The translations under genes and the position numbers were made by a program. This document shows positions 1-13,640 of a DNA stretch of 64,000 bases, piece after piece. Source of the DNA: Macrostomum lignano (Eukaryota); assembly GCA_002269645.1 (NCBI GenBank), contig NIVC01003127.1:1-64000 (forward strand), given 5' to 3'. A model generated the notes under the pieces. It saw only the letters and a list, made by a program, of their open reading frames with translations. It did no database searches and was not told the origin of the DNA. Positions within the stretch are counted from its first letter, which is position 1, and each line of letters opens with the position of its first letter.

Positions 1-799
1 AAAAATTGCCAGAAAATAGAGTTTGCTAAAATTATCTCATCTTAGTAACGATTTTTCACCATGGCCGCACTTTATGGCCAGATTTTTACCTGCGTTATGA
101 TGAAGTTCAATCGATTACACAACTCGATTTACTGGAAATAGATTTTAATAAAGTCTGCGGTTTCATTTGTGGTATATAATAATTCTGAACATGCAGTTTG
201 TGTTATGCGTGATAGTAAAACGGATCAGTATGCCTTATTTGATTCCTGTTTTGCTACAGACAACAACGTGTATATATCACAGTTTGTTTTTTTATCATAT
301 AAAAAAATCCGCGATTTTTTGATAAATTTCCAATAATTAATTTTCCGTGCTCCTTATACTTTTACAAGTTTGATAGAAAATAGAAACTGATGACTGGACC
401 ATTTTTGAGATGTTTAGCTTCAGAAGCAGGATTATTGCAATTAAACATTTGAATATTTTACTATTCTACTTTGCCACAAAGATGTGTTCAAGGTATTTTT
501 ATTTGCGAACTGCGCCAATCGTGTAGGGGGCGATTTTCAATGCCAAACAAATCCTAAAGTTATTTCAAACAAGTTTTTTAAAATAGCTTTTAATTTTTTA
601 AAGTAAAGTCTTGGTGCTTGTTTATATTTTTACCATGTTTTAAAGCTTACTGTAAACTCGTTTATTAGATCGCTTTTTATGATTGTGTACTTATCTTTTA
701 AGATATCCTGGAATTTGAAGTTCTTTAAAGCTAATTTTACCGTACATCGTTTAACCCAAGGTTACTCGATTCTGCTAAAAATTTAAACTTTTTTACTGG

Positions 800-1150
800 C
801 AACCTCCCAGATCCTCAGGTTCTACTGACAACCTCCCAGATTCTCAGATTCTACTGACACCCTCCCAGATTCTCAGATTCTACTGACAACCTCCCTAATC
901 CTCAGATTCTACTGACAACCTCCCAGATTCTCAGATTCTACTGACACCCTCTCAGATTCTCAGGTTCTACTGACACCCAGATCCTCAGGTTCTACTGACA
1001 CCCTCCCAGATCCTCAGGTTCTACTGACACCCTCCCAGATCCTCAGGTTCTACTGACACCCTCCCAGATCCTCAGGTTCTACTGACATACTGCCAAGATC
1101 CTCAGGTTCTGCTGACATACTCCAAGATCCTTAGGTTCTGCTGACACCCA
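800..1150 (+). repeat. Minisatellite, ~29-bp unit (ctactgacaccctcccagatcctcaggtt)
   Basis: About 11-12 degenerate tandem units; the core ctcccagatcctcag is shared with the arrays at 14960-15740 and 35640-36340. Confidence 0.9.
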
Positions 1151-2200
1151 GATTCACAGTGTATACTGAGCACCCTCCAAGATTCTTAGTTAATAAGTTC
1201 TACTGATATCCCACTAATTTACTTTTTTTGTCTTTAGGTTCTACTGATATCTCTAACTGATGGTTCTCCAGATTTTACTAACTGAAATAATCGATATGAA
1301 AATATTCGATTGTGACTGCCAGTTAAAGTGCCCTACCATTGAATTCTTACAAGTTACATGTTGAATGCAGATGGTTTTTAAACCGTTATTATAATAATAT
1401 TACCAGTAATGCAAAACGCTATTTATTACTAATGACACAAAACGCTCTGATTATTATACTTACAATAGACTACAATAGAACTTTCAATACAAAGGTCTGT
1501 CTTCAAGCGTAGCCTTTCCCACTGTTTAATTAAATTGCTTTCAGACTGCAACATTTTATACAGTGCATAACCTCTACTATTATTTGTTGTTTGTTTTTTT
1601 AACTTTTTTGCTGTAGCCTTTTTAACAAAGATTAGAATTTCCAAAAAATCAATACACATTGAATCTTCTTAGCTTTTTTCTCCTTTCATTTACGATTTAG
1701 TAGTTATTTGTGTTCTCTTTTTTTCTGTTCCTCAGTTCAAGACACGATTGGATTTAAAAACATTTGCTAGTGGTGGCTTAGTTGCGTTGTCTATGGTCCA
1801 ACCTCCCATAGCAATCCTGGACAGGCTATATTAATACAACATAATCGATTAAAGAAAATGTTCGTGATCACACATCCTAAAGTCCCGAGATGTGTCAACT
1901 CATGTGTCAACTCATTATTAAAAAGTGATCACGCCAATTTGTCATGTTCTAAATCAAATGAAATCATTAAGAAATAAAAATAAACCCCGTGTATTAAACA
2001 CATTGTGTATTAGTATAGGTGAATTTTAGTCTATGGAGGTACGTATTTATAGTCAGCGGGTGTACGTAGTTTCACCTAGTAGTTAATCCAGCAGGTTACC
2101 CTATGTTTCCAAAATCTGTTTGAGCCTGTAAGGTTTAGTATTCTTACGTGGTTATAACTGTATTGCTACTACGTCGTCATTATTTAATTTTGAATTCTTG

Positions 2201-5200
2201 ATGGATTTCGACTGGAAGCTGAGCGACTTCTGCTATCCGGCAGTTGTGATCAGCCAGGCCGACAGTGAGGCCGCTAAAGCGGCTCTTCAGCACGCCAGCT
2301 ACCTGCGTCGATGCTCTATGAAGCGACCCGCTCCGGATTCTTCCGCCAGTGATGAAGACGAAATCGCATCAGAATTGGACAGTAATGCTGATGATGATGA
2401 GGAAAATATGGAGGCTGATATTAATGTTGATGACAGTGTAGAATTAGAACAGAAGCCAGAAGATGCAGGTGGAACAGAGGAAAGTGTTTTTCTTCAACGT
2501 CGTATAAAGAAAAAGCAAATGCGACGTACCGAACGTCAATCTAGCATCGACGGCATGGACGAGGATGAGCTGCCGACGACAGATGAGGAGGCTAATCAAG
2601 ATAACGACAATCAAGAAGAGATGCACAATGGTGCTGATGACGACAGTGATGTAGAAAACGAGAATAATAATGATGAAGACAACATTGAAGAAGCTGGTGA
2701 TGATGAAGAATTAAATCATGATAGATCGTCGCCGCATCTAAGCGATATTGAGCGCGAGCTTGAACTAGCCGATCAAGTGATTGAAGGTATTAATCCAACT
2801 GGCAGCGGCTCAAACTTTGCTGATGCAGATGAAGACGTTGAGTTGGAAAATAATTCTGAGCAGGAGAAGCGGCAGAAAGAGACCCCTGTGCAGTCGAAAC
2901 CGCCTTCGCGTCGTCGAATGAAAGAGACGCCTAAAGTTTCCAGTTCGAAACGGGCTGAACCTGATATTGAAGATGAGATAGCTGAGCCTGCTGTGCTAAT
3001 TAGCTCTGAGTCGGAGGCTGAGGCTCTAGCCGATGCTGAGCCAGCAGAAGCTGCAATTGAAGCAGAAGACCGAACACCGTCTGAGCCAGAATTGGCTGAC
3101 GATGTTCTGCAAACTGCTAACGGCAGCGAGTGCGCCTCTCCAGTGTTTGATAAGACATCAAGCGCTGCTGTTGGTCCGGCCAGCTCCTCCACAGCGGTTT
3201 CCAACTCTGAGTCAAGCCGCCTGAGGCCTCGTACTGCGGCAAAAGTTGAAACTGTCGGCAGCGCCGATGACAGCGACGAAGACAATGAAAGTCGCCGACG
3301 AAATAAGCCTAGATTGGCTAAGACAAAGCCATCCGTTGTTCAGAAAGACAAAGGCAAGGGCGGTGATAGCGCTGGAAGCGATTCTGATAGCTCGTCTGAT
3401 GGGCCTAGCCGAAAGACTGCCAAAGATAAATCGAAGAAGAAAGTTTCACCTGAGCAGCAGAAAAAGACCCGTGGCAAAGTTAACGGGGATGATGACCGAT
3501 CAGATGACGACAGTTCATCCAATGAACAGCGGCGCAACAAGCCGAGACAAGCGAAATCGAAGGCTGCTCAGCAGACTAAAAAGAAGAAATCAGCAAAATC
3601 TAGCGACAGCGACGACGAGCTGGACGAAGAGGACAACTCGGACGATGATTTTGTTTCGGCTGCTGCTAAGCGAGGTTCAAAGAAGCGCCAATCGAAGAAG
3701 TCCCAGTCGGATGAGCAAGCCGACTCAGATTATGATGATGATGACAAAGCTACTAAGAAAAAGAAGCGAGATAAGAATGAATTAAAAGAGTCGGATCGCA
3801 GTAAGAAGCGCAAGAGGAACAAGCAGACTGAAGACAGCGACGATGGCGACAAGCGTCGTTCCAAACGCGATCGTCGTAAAGTCGCGTCATCCGACGATGG
3901 CAGTGACGCCTCCTCTGAGAAGCTGAGCCTGTTCACTTCGTCTGACGATGAGGTTGATCGACTGCAAGACGAGATTCGCGCGTCTCAACAGAAACTGAGG
4001 AAAAAGCAACGAGAGGCCGAAAAGAAAAAGAAGAAAGGCAAAAACAACATGCTGTTTGACTCTTCGGACTTTTCGAACGAAGCCAGTGATGATGACGCTG
4101 ACGACAAGGAGGCATCGGTGGATGACGACGCCTCTGAGAACTCGGCCGTGTCGGATTTCCGCATGTCCGACAGTGAAGATTCCGGGAAAAAGAAGCACAG
4201 CAAAAATTCCAAGAAAGACAGCGATAAAAAGAAGCAACAGCAAGGAAAGCGAGTTGTTTTGCTGGACGATTCCGATTCGGATGATGGCGAAGTTCGAAAA
4301 AGTCGCGGTGGCGGCGGCGGAGGCGGTGGCCGCTTTGGCAAGCGCCGCAAGACGGACAAATCAGCGGCCGACAGAGAGGATAGCGACGAGGACTTTGTTG
4401 AAATCGGCAAGAAAAAGAAGAAAACTTCCGACGACGAACGAATTGCCGACGTCGGCGACCAAGAAGAAGATGAGGACGACGAGGACAAGGCAACTGGACG
4501 GCGCAATATCAAGCGCATTATGAAGGTTAATAAACTCAGCAGCGTCACTAAAGAAGCCGAACTAGCTGAGAAAGATCGCAGACGGCGAGTCGCTGAAATG
4601 CAACGGAAATACAATGAGAACATTGTGCAAGAGGTGCTAGATGATAGCGGCCCGAATCAGATTGTCATCACTAAACAGCTGGTGCTGGAACGGAATCCGG
4701 AGACACGCGAGCCAGTGATTGAAGTCAGTCCGAATATTTGCACCAAACTAAAGCCGCATCAGGTTGAAGCGGTGCAGTTTCAGTACGAGTGTCTCTATGA
4801 AAGTCTGGAGCAGTTCAAGCGACAGCCGGAAGGCTCAGGCTGTATTCTGGCTCACTGTATGGGGCTTGGCAAGACTCTGTCGACCATTTCATTCTTGCAC
4901 ACGCTGTTTCGGTATCCGGATAAGCTGAAAGTTCGTTCCGCTCTGATTGTCTGCCCGTTGAATACGGTGCTTAATTGGCGTAACGAATTTCGTATGTGGC
5001 TTGAGGACTCGTCAGAGGATGACATTGTTGATGTGCAAGAGATTGCCACGGTGAAGGATAATAAAATGCGACTAGCACACTGTCAAGGCTTCCTGCGCAA
5101 TGGCGGGGTGCTCATTGTCAACTACGATATGTTTAGAAACTTGGCCTCGGGACGGAATATTCGGCAGAAGAAGAATCGCGAAATTTTTCGTCAGGTATTG

Positions 5201-8200
5201 CTTCAAAATTGGTTTTAATTTCTAAGAATAAGATTCTGATTGATGGCGCTAATCTAGAGATGAGATTCTCATTGAGAGATAAGGCTAATCTAGAGATGAG
5301 ATTCTGATTCAGATGAAACTAATCAATAGGGTAAGATAAGATTAAGACACGGCTAATCTATAGGGCGAAATTAGGTTAAGACACGGCTAATCTATAGGGT
5401 GAGATTAGGTTAAATCACTGCAAATCTATAGGGTGAAATTATATTAAGACACTGGTTAATCTATAGGGTGAGATTAGATTAAGACACGGCTAATCTAAAG
5501 GTTGAGATTAGGTTAAGACTCGGCTAATATATAGGGTGAGATTAGACTAAGACACTAAATAATCTACAGGATGAGATTAGATTAAGTCACTGAATAATCT
5601 ACAGAATGAGATTGGATTAAGTCACTGAATAATCTACAGGATGAGATTAGATTAAGTCACTGAATAAACTACAGGATGAGATTAGATTCAAGACACTGGT
5701 GGCTTATCTATAGGACAAGATTAGATTCAAGACACTGGTGGCTTATCTATAGGACGAGATTAGATTAAGATACTAGCTAATCTAGAAAATTACTATTTGT
5801 TTTCATTTGAAGCAGTGCTTATCTAGTAGGTATTGATTTGTAATCTAATCTTCAATGGCATGTATTATCTACCTAATTACCTGTACCCCCTCCCCACCAA
5901 CCCAGGCCCTGCTCGACCCTGGCCCCGATGTAGTAGTCTGCGACGAAGGCCACATCCTGAAGTCGGGCTCCACCGGCTTGGCCAAAGTGATGAACGAGAT
6001 GCGAACTAGACGGCGCATCGTTCTGACAGGGACACCTTTGCAGAACAATCTCAACGAATATTACACTATGGTGAATTTTGTCAAACCGAATCTGCTGGGC
6101 ACAGCTAAGGAGTTTGCTAATCGGTTTGTTAATCCCATTGTGAACGGGCAGCACGCTGACAGTACGGCTCTGGACGTTCGGGTTATGAAACGGCGAGCTC
6201 ACGTGCTGCACAAAATGTTGGACGGTTGCGTGCATCGGCGAGATTATTCGGCCCTGACTAAGTACCTGCCGCCGAAGTACGAGTACATCATTAGCGTCAG
6301 GCTGAGCGAGGTTCAGGTAGGGCTGGATGTTCATCTTTGTTGTTTTTAAGTTGCAGCTTTGGAACCTAAGAGCATTTTTTAAAATCGCTTTATTCTGGTA
6401 GTGTTGCTGAGTAGAATCGCTTCATTTTTATCTTCAAAAATCGCCTTTTTATCGCCTTTAAAAATCGCCTTTTTATCGCCTTCAAGAATCGCCCATACAC
6501 CAGCCAATGAGAATCGCCCTTACACCATCCAATGAGAATCGCCCCTACACCAGCCAATGAGAATCGCCCCTGCAGCAGCCAATGAGAATCGCCCCTACAC
6601 CAGCCAATGAGAATCGCCCCTACACCAGCCAATGAGAATCGCCCCTACACCAGCCAATGAGAATCGCTCCTACACTAGCCAATGAGAATCGCCCTTACAC
6701 CATCCAATGAGAATCGCCCCTACACCAGCCAATGAGAATCGCCCCTGCAGCAGCCAATGAGAATCGCCCCTACACCAGCCAATGAGAATCGCCCCTACAC
6801 CAGCCAATGAGAATCGCCCCTACACCAGCCAATGAGAATCGCTCCTACACTAGCCAATGAGAATCGCTCCTACACTAGCCAATGAGAATCGCCCTTACAC
6901 CAGCCAATGAGAATCGCCCTAAACCGGCCACAAACTCTGCCCTCCAGATCAAGCTCTACCAGACCTACCTGGACCAGGTGCGGCCCCGACTGTCGCAGGG
7001 CGGCATCTCGCTATTCGCCGACAACCAAGTCCTGTACCGAGTGTGGACTCACCCCTACACCCTGAAGCTGCACGAAGAGGAGATGCTGCTCCGCCGGCTT
7101 AAAGAAGAATCCGAAGAAGAGGAAGCCGATTTTATCGATGATGAAGAAGAGGAAGATTCTGAATCAGACAGCGGTTCCAGCAGCTCCGACAATTCCGACG
7201 ATGACAAAGACCAAAACAAAGAGTCAAAGAATAAGTCGGACTCCGCGCCGGTTGTACGTCGGACGCGGCACACCCGACAGGGCAGTCCAACCATCGACCT
7301 CACTGGCGACGCGGAGGCTCCGGCGCCCACCTCCACCCAGGAGGAGTGGTGGCACTCGCTCTACAACGAGGACATGGCCAATGATGTGTCCATCAGCGGC
7401 AAGCTGTACATCCTATTCAGCATCATGAAGATGTGCAACGATATTGGAGACAAACTGCTGGTGTTCTCACAGTCTCTGCTGTCGCTGAATGTTATTGAGC
7501 ATTTTCTTGGCCGATTTCACGACCTGGGTGAAGGATCCCCGTTCCGGTCTGAGCTGGGGTTCAACTCGTGGGAGCAGGGCAGGGACTACCTGAGACTGGA
7601 CGGCTCCACTGCCGCACAGACTCGCAAGGCTATGTCCGAGGCTTTCAACAGGGTGGACGATCTTCGCCTGCGGCTGTTTCTGATCAGCACCAAGGCTGGC
7701 GGACTGGGTGAGTGGGATTTCCGGGTCACACTCATGAAAGTCATACCTCAAAGCTTCTCAGAAGTTAGAGAAGCGGGTAGATTGTCATTTAGACAGACAT
7801 TAGCGACATTTAGAGGTAGGGGGCTGTGCACCCTGGCGCACTTTAAGCGACATTGTCACACAACCGGCGAGAGGCATTGCTGCCCATTTCGCCGACTCCC
7901 CTGAGCAGGCACACAAGCGCGCGGATACGTACGCAGTCAAACGCACAGGCACACACTCACACAGGAGTGTACAGCGGCCCCCTAACTTTATCTGTCGTTA
8001 GGCATGTACACTTAACTGTGCATTGAGGGTTGTTTGATTCCAGTTTAGCTCCAAATTAATGCGACTGCACTTGGAATCGAGCCTGGGCCGCTGGCACATC
8101 ACCTTGCTTGATTGCTTGCTGTCTCGGGTGTAACATTAGAACAAACTTTTTATGCTTTATATAAATAAAACAGATCTTTGAAATTGCCTTGGTTTTGTCC

Positions 8201-8756
8201 GTAACCCCCAGGTGTCCGCAGTTCCTACTGATTAGCAAATTAGCGAACTAACCGCTGTCAACCATGCTTAACTTTCTTGTCCTGAGTTCGATTCCCATTT
8301 GCGGGCATATTAATCAATAATCAGTATATTAGGGGCATTTTTTTATACTAAAATTAAAATAATGTCGCATCCTATAATTTGCTAATCCCAGGCGTTAATC
8401 TCCCCGCGGCTAATCGGGTGGTCATCTTCGACGTCAGCTGGAATCCGTCGCACGATATTCAGTCGATTTTCCGCACCTACCGGTTCGGCCAGACCAAACC
8501 TGTGTACGTCTATCGCCTGGTGGCCCAGGGCACCATGGAGGAGAAGATCTACGACAGGCAGGTCACCAAGCAGTCCCTCAGCCAACGGGTGGTCGACGAG
8601 CATCAGATCGATCGGCATTTCAAAGCTGACGACCTGATCCAGCTGTACACGCTTAATGTGGACACCTTCGACCCCGACTCCGACCCCGCCACCCGGTTTG
8701 TGCTGCCCAAGGACGGCATTCTGGCTGGTGAGGATACTGTCTGTTTTAGTCTGTCT

Positions 8757-8834
<78 letters not shown>

Positions 8835-8888
8835 TTCTGCCTGTCTGTCTGTCTGTCTGTCTGTCTGCCTGTCTGTCTGTCTGTCATG

Positions 8889-8945
<57 letters not shown>

Positions 8946-9103
8946 GCCTGTCTGTCTGTCTGTCTGTCTGTCTGTCTGAGTGTTTGTCTGTCTGTCTGTC
9001 TGTCTGAGTGTTTGTCTGTTTGTCTGAGTGTCTGTCTGTCTGTCTGTCTGAGTGTCTGTCTGTCTGTCTGTCTGTCTGTCTGCCTGTCTGTCTGTCTGTC
9101 ATG

Positions 9104-9148
<45 letters not shown>

Positions 9149-9170
9149 GCCTGTCTGTCTGTCTGTCATG

Positions 9171-9214
<44 letters not shown>

Positions 9215-9236
9215 ATGTGTCTGTCTGTCTGTCATG

Positions 9237-9272
<36 letters not shown>

Positions 9273-9275
9273 ATG

Positions 9276-9320
<45 letters not shown>

Positions 9321-10088
9321 GAGTGTTTGTCTGTCTGTCTGTCTGTATGTCTGTATGTCTGTGTTTCTAACCCGACTGTCTAACAATCCTAGCAATAATA
9401 GGCTTACTTTTTTTCAATCCGATTGCTTCGCAACACAGACCTGCTCGCCAAGGAGGCCCGCTGGATCTCTCGCTACCACCTGCACGACTCGCTGCTGGAG
9501 AACATCGAGAGCGAGGTGCTCACCGAAGAGGAGCGTCGCGAGGCCTGGCGCGAATACGAAGACGAGCGGACTTATCGACCGCCGCCTCCGCCGCCTCAGC
9601 AGCAGAATCAATCGGGCGCCTCTGCAGCTGCCGCAGCCAGCATGGCCTATGCTCAGCAGATGTATCAGCAGCAGCTGCGCATGCAGCAATGGCAGCAGAT
9701 GCAGCAGCAGCAGCAGCAATCTATGCGAGCTGGAAGCAGCGGTGGTGCCTCGCGTCAGCAAGGCCGAAATCGGGCCGGAGGTCCGCCGCAACTGACCCCA
9801 GCTCCGCCTGCTGGTTCGGCCTCTCAGCAGCAGCAGCAGCAGCAACAACAACAAAGGCTTCTTCTGCAGCAGCAGCAACAGCAACAGCAGCAGATCAGCT
9901 TATTGAAGGCGCAATACCCGATGCAGTTTGTGCACATCCGCAACGAGCTGCTTAAACAGCGCCCAGAGCTGTCTGGCAATCCGCCAATGCTGGATCAGTT
10001 TGCTTGCGAATTTCTGCTTCAATGGTTGCACGGCCAGCACACTGGCGCTTCGGTGTCTTCGAATGCGGCCAGCTCTGTGCGACTGTAA
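2201..10088 (+). CDS. ATRX: ATRX-like SNF2 chromatin remodeller, multi-exon; 5' end uncertain
   Basis: Exons inferred from GT-AG sites: ~2201-5194, 5906-6316, 6948-7707, 8392-8727, 9439-10088. Motifs: [13 protein letters not shown]...[23 protein letters not shown] (Walker A), [14 protein letters not shown] (Walker B), [22 protein letters not shown]|[53 protein letters not shown], all recalled as ATRX-type. Long acidic/Lys-rich N-terminal region and Q-rich tail. The true start may lie upstream. Confidence 0.93.
5250..5790 (+). repeat. Minisatellite, ~34-37-bp unit, in ATRX intron 1
   Basis: Tandem aatctatagggtgagattagattaagacacggct-type units. Confidence 0.9.
6490..6920 (+). repeat. Minisatellite, 25-bp unit (cagccaatgagaatcgcccctacac), in ATRX intron 2
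   Basis: About 17 near-identical tandem units, preceded by degenerate aaaaatcgcc units. Confidence 0.95.
7740..8130 (-). mobile_element. Interspersed SINE-like element in ATRX intron 3
   Basis: About 200 bp nearly identical in reverse complement to 34290-34500, with a fragment at 57878-57960; B-box-like ggctcgattcc near the 5' end on the minus strand. SINE status is an inference. Confidence 0.6.
8750..9360 (+). repeat. (TGTC)n microsatellite in ATRX intron 4
   Basis: About 600 bp of tgtc repeats with interruptions; the source of the CLSV/TDRQ pseudo-ORFs. Confidence 0.97.
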
Positions 10089-10198
10089 CTGCTTTTGTTA
10101 ATTTTGATTGACTGGACATTCCCTACGGCTGGCTTGTAGTTATGGGTGTTATCATGTACGTGTGCTGTATGCGCTTTGAGTTTTATGTTCTCTGTTTA

Positions 10199-10204
10199 AA
10201 TAAA
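10199..10204 (+). promoter_or_regulatory. Probable ATRX polyadenylation signal AATAAA
   Basis: AATAAA about 110 bp after the stop codon, followed by T-rich sequence. Confidence 0.55.
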
Positions 10205-10289
10205 GTGCAATTTTCGCTAATTTAACCTTTTAGCTAGTTTATAGTTTGATGAAATATTGTTCATAGTTTAATAACGGGTCGTAGTTTAA

Positions 10290-10720
10290 CTGTGTGTCAT
10301 AGTTTGACAGAATAGGTCATAGTTTGACAGAATAGGTCATAGTTTGACAGAATAGGTCATAGTTTCACAAAATAAGTCATAGTTTGACAGAATAGGTCAT
10401 AGTTCAACAGAATAGGTCATAGTTCGACAGAATAGGTCATAGTTCGACAGAATAGGTCATCGCTTAGCAGAATGGGTCAAAATTTGACAAAATAAACCAT
10501 AGTTTGACAGAATGGGTCATAGTTTAACAAAATAGGTTATAGTTTAACAAAATAGGTCATCGCTTGACAGAATTGGTCATAGTTTGACAGAATAGGTCAT
10601 AGTTTAACAAAATAGGTCATCGCTTGTCAGAATGGGTCATAGTTTGACAGAATAGGTCATATTTCGACAGAATAGGTCATCGCTTAGCAGAATGGGTCAT
10701 AGTTTGACAGAATAAACCAT
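10290..10720 (+). repeat. Minisatellite, 20-bp unit (agtttgacagaataggtcat)
   Basis: About 21 tandem units. Confidence 0.95.
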
Positions 10721-11180
10721 AGTCTGACACCATGAGGCAGTGGGTCTTGAAGAATCATAGTTCCATATAATATGTGATAGTTTGGTGCAATATATATTTT
10801 ATAGGCTTGATAGCTTGAATATAGGCCGTACCCCAACCATCGCGCGACATTGCTATTAACTATTGTGCACCCTAAATCCTCTTCATGTTTTTTATCCTTG
10901 TGTCTGTTCAAACTTCTGCAGTGATACTGATAAAAGCTTGTTTTGATACATCTGTCATCAGTTACAGATATTAGAATATTTAGACATGTCACTCGCGTTT
11001 AAAATAGAGAAAAAGTTAAGCGCTACCTTTTTCAGTAGTTGCTCTGTGCAGTTTCTCTTAAATTTAATGTGGCAGCTAAAATTTCCTTTTTCTTCCTAAA
11101 GGTTTGCGGCCTCGGCAGCATATGGGATGGAGAATGAGCAAAAACAGCCATCTTGTGTACACAAGTGAACGCAAGAGAGA

Positions 11181-12200
11181 CGAAAGTTAGCCTAGGGGGC
11201 TGGGCCAATCTGGCTCAGCCAATGAGAGAACAGTAAGGAGAGAGGCCAAAGTCAGACGGACGAAAGTTAGCCTTTGGGGCTGGCCCAATCTGGCTCAGCC
11301 AATGAGAGAACAGTAAGGAGAGAGGCCAAAGTCAGACGGACGAAAGTTAGCCTAGGGGGCTGGGCCAATCTGGCTCAGCCAATGAGAGAACAGTAAGGAG
11401 AGAGGCCAAAGTCAGACGGACGAAAGTTAGCCTTTGGGGCTGGCCCAATCTGGCTCAGCCAATGAGAGAACAGTAAGGAGAGAGGCCAAAGTCAGACGGA
11501 CGAAAGTTAGCCTGGGGGCTGGCCCAATCTGGCTCAGCCAATGAGAGAACAGTAAGGAGAGAGGCCAAAGTCAGACGGACGAAAGTTAGCCTAGGGGGCT
11601 GGCCCAATCTGGCTCAGCCAATGAGAGAACAGTAAGGAGAGAGGCCAAAGTCAGACGGACGAAAGTTAGCCTAGGGGGCTGGCCCAATCAATGAGAGAAC
11701 AGTAAGGAGAGAGGCCAAAGTCAGACGGACGAAAGTTAGCCTAGGGGGCTGGCCCAATCTGGCTCAGCCAATGAGAGAACAGTAAGGAGAGAGGCCAAAG
11801 TCAGACGGACAAAAGTTAGCCTAGGAGGCTGGCCCAATCTGGCTCAGCCAATGAGAACAGTAAGGAGAGAGGCCAAAGTCAGACGGACGAAAGTTAGCCT
11901 GGTGGCTGGCCCAATCAATGAGAGAACAGTAAGGAGAGAGGCCAAAGTCAGGCGGACGAAAGTTAGCCTGGGGGCTGGCCCAATCTGGCTCAGCCAATGA
12001 GAGAACAGTAAGGAGAGAGGCCAAAGTCAGACGGACGAAAGTTAGCCTAGGGGGCTGGGCCAATCTGGCTCAGCCAATGAGAGAGCAGTAAGGAGAGAGG
12101 CCAAAGTCAGACGGACGAAAGTTAGCCTAGGGGGCTGGGCCAATCTGGCTCAGCCAATGAGAGAGCAGTAAGGAGAGAGGCCAAAGTCAGACGGACGAAA
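11181..12200 (+). repeat. Minisatellite, 80-bp unit with two CCAAT boxes per unit
   Basis: cgaaagttag recurs at 11181, 11261 and 11341 (period 80); about 12-13 units. Confidence 0.96.
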
Positions 12201-13149
12201 GATCTGGCGCCCAGCCAAATAATTTTTATTCTACTAAGATAAAGACGAAAAGCGGCTGCTACTGAGAAAAGTAAATGAGCGCATTTTTACTCGTGACATA
12301 TCTAGTTATTCGAAGCATCTTGTCGGAATCAGAGAGGGCAAGTGTATTGAATGTTTATAATCTTATTGTCATTTTCATTGTAACATTTTTAACCTAGTCC
12401 TGCTCCACGCGAACTCTGAGGCTGCCCCGCGTGTTTACATATTTCTATATATATTTGTGTCAACTTGCTTGTTTGTAAACACTGCTTTTATTTGCTTATT
12501 AATAGCATAGAATGAACAAAAACTGATTCTTCTTTTTTTCTTTAGTTTTTATAATTCCCCAATGGTCGATTAATTAACATTAATTATCATTGGCACTTAA
12601 AATTAAAACCGCTGTTTTTTTGTTGCTGTTACTCTTTTTCTGCTCCGTGTGCAAGGCCTCGGGCATGTATTGTTCATGTAAACATTTAAAACTGGCACCT
12701 CGTCCGCTGCGATGTGTGTAATTAATTGCATACTTTTTGTGTATACTGTGTAGTCGTAAATTTAACTAACCTAACAACCAATTATTGAATATAATCAATG
12801 GATAATTGTGGTGCATTTAGCTCAACCAATAACAACACGATTTAACTGAGCTGCGAGGCGATAGATTTCAGGCCCCGATCGATAATTTGCCACAAATTTT
12901 CTAAATGCAAGCACCGTTTAAATATAGTATTATCTTATATAATCAGCTGTCAGTTAACAAGTATGCTTAAGTTCTCTATATATATACTCGTATTCGTATA
13001 TATACTCGATTTAAACTTTTATTATCATTCTTTTTTCATTCATTTCATTTCATCAAATCTCAAATCCAATAATTGAATGCAAATGCATCATCAAATTGAT
13101 ACAAGCCTAAATTATTGCCAGACTGTTAACAATTTTTCCCGGACAAGTG

Positions 13150-13640
13150 CACACCGGCTCCTGATAAAACTACATTTGTACTAGCTCAATCCAGGTGTAC
13201 ACACCGGCTCCTGACCAGTTACTAGCTCAATCCAGGTGTACACACCGGCTCCTGACCAGTTCCTAGCTCAATCCAGGTGTACACACCGGCTCCTGACCAG
13301 TTCCTAGCTCAATTCGGATGTACACACCAGCTCTCCTGAAAGAACTACTAGCTCAATTCAGGTGTACACACCAGCTCTCCTGACAGAACTACTAGCTCAA
13401 TTCAGGTGTACACAAGTCTCTCCTGATAGAACTACTAGCTCAATTCAGGTGTACACACCAGCTCTCCTGATAGAACTACTAGCTCAATTCAGGTGTACAC
13501 AAGTCTCTCCTGATAGAACTCCTAGCTCAATCGAGGTGTACACACCAGCTCTCCTGATACAACTCCTAGCTCAATCGAGGTGTACACAACAGCTCCTGAC
13601 AACTCCTAGCTCAATCGAGGTGTACATACCAGCTCCTAAC
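13150..13640 (+). repeat. Minisatellite, 41-45-bp unit (ctagctcaattcaggtgtacacaccagctctcctga...), just upstream of the CYP gene
   Basis: About 11 tandem units. Confidence 0.92.

Noticed and set aside
2444-5049. Many minus-strand and alternative-frame ORFs over ATRX exon 1
   Set aside because: Antisense shadows of low-complexity coding DNA.
8603-9395. Long CLSV/TDRQ ORFs
   Set aside because: Translations of the (TGTC)n microsatellite inside ATRX intron 4.
11181-12200. CRISPR-like look of long regular repeats (also 32440-33010)
   Set aside because: Units are contiguous with no unique spacers, and the context is eukaryotic with no cas genes.
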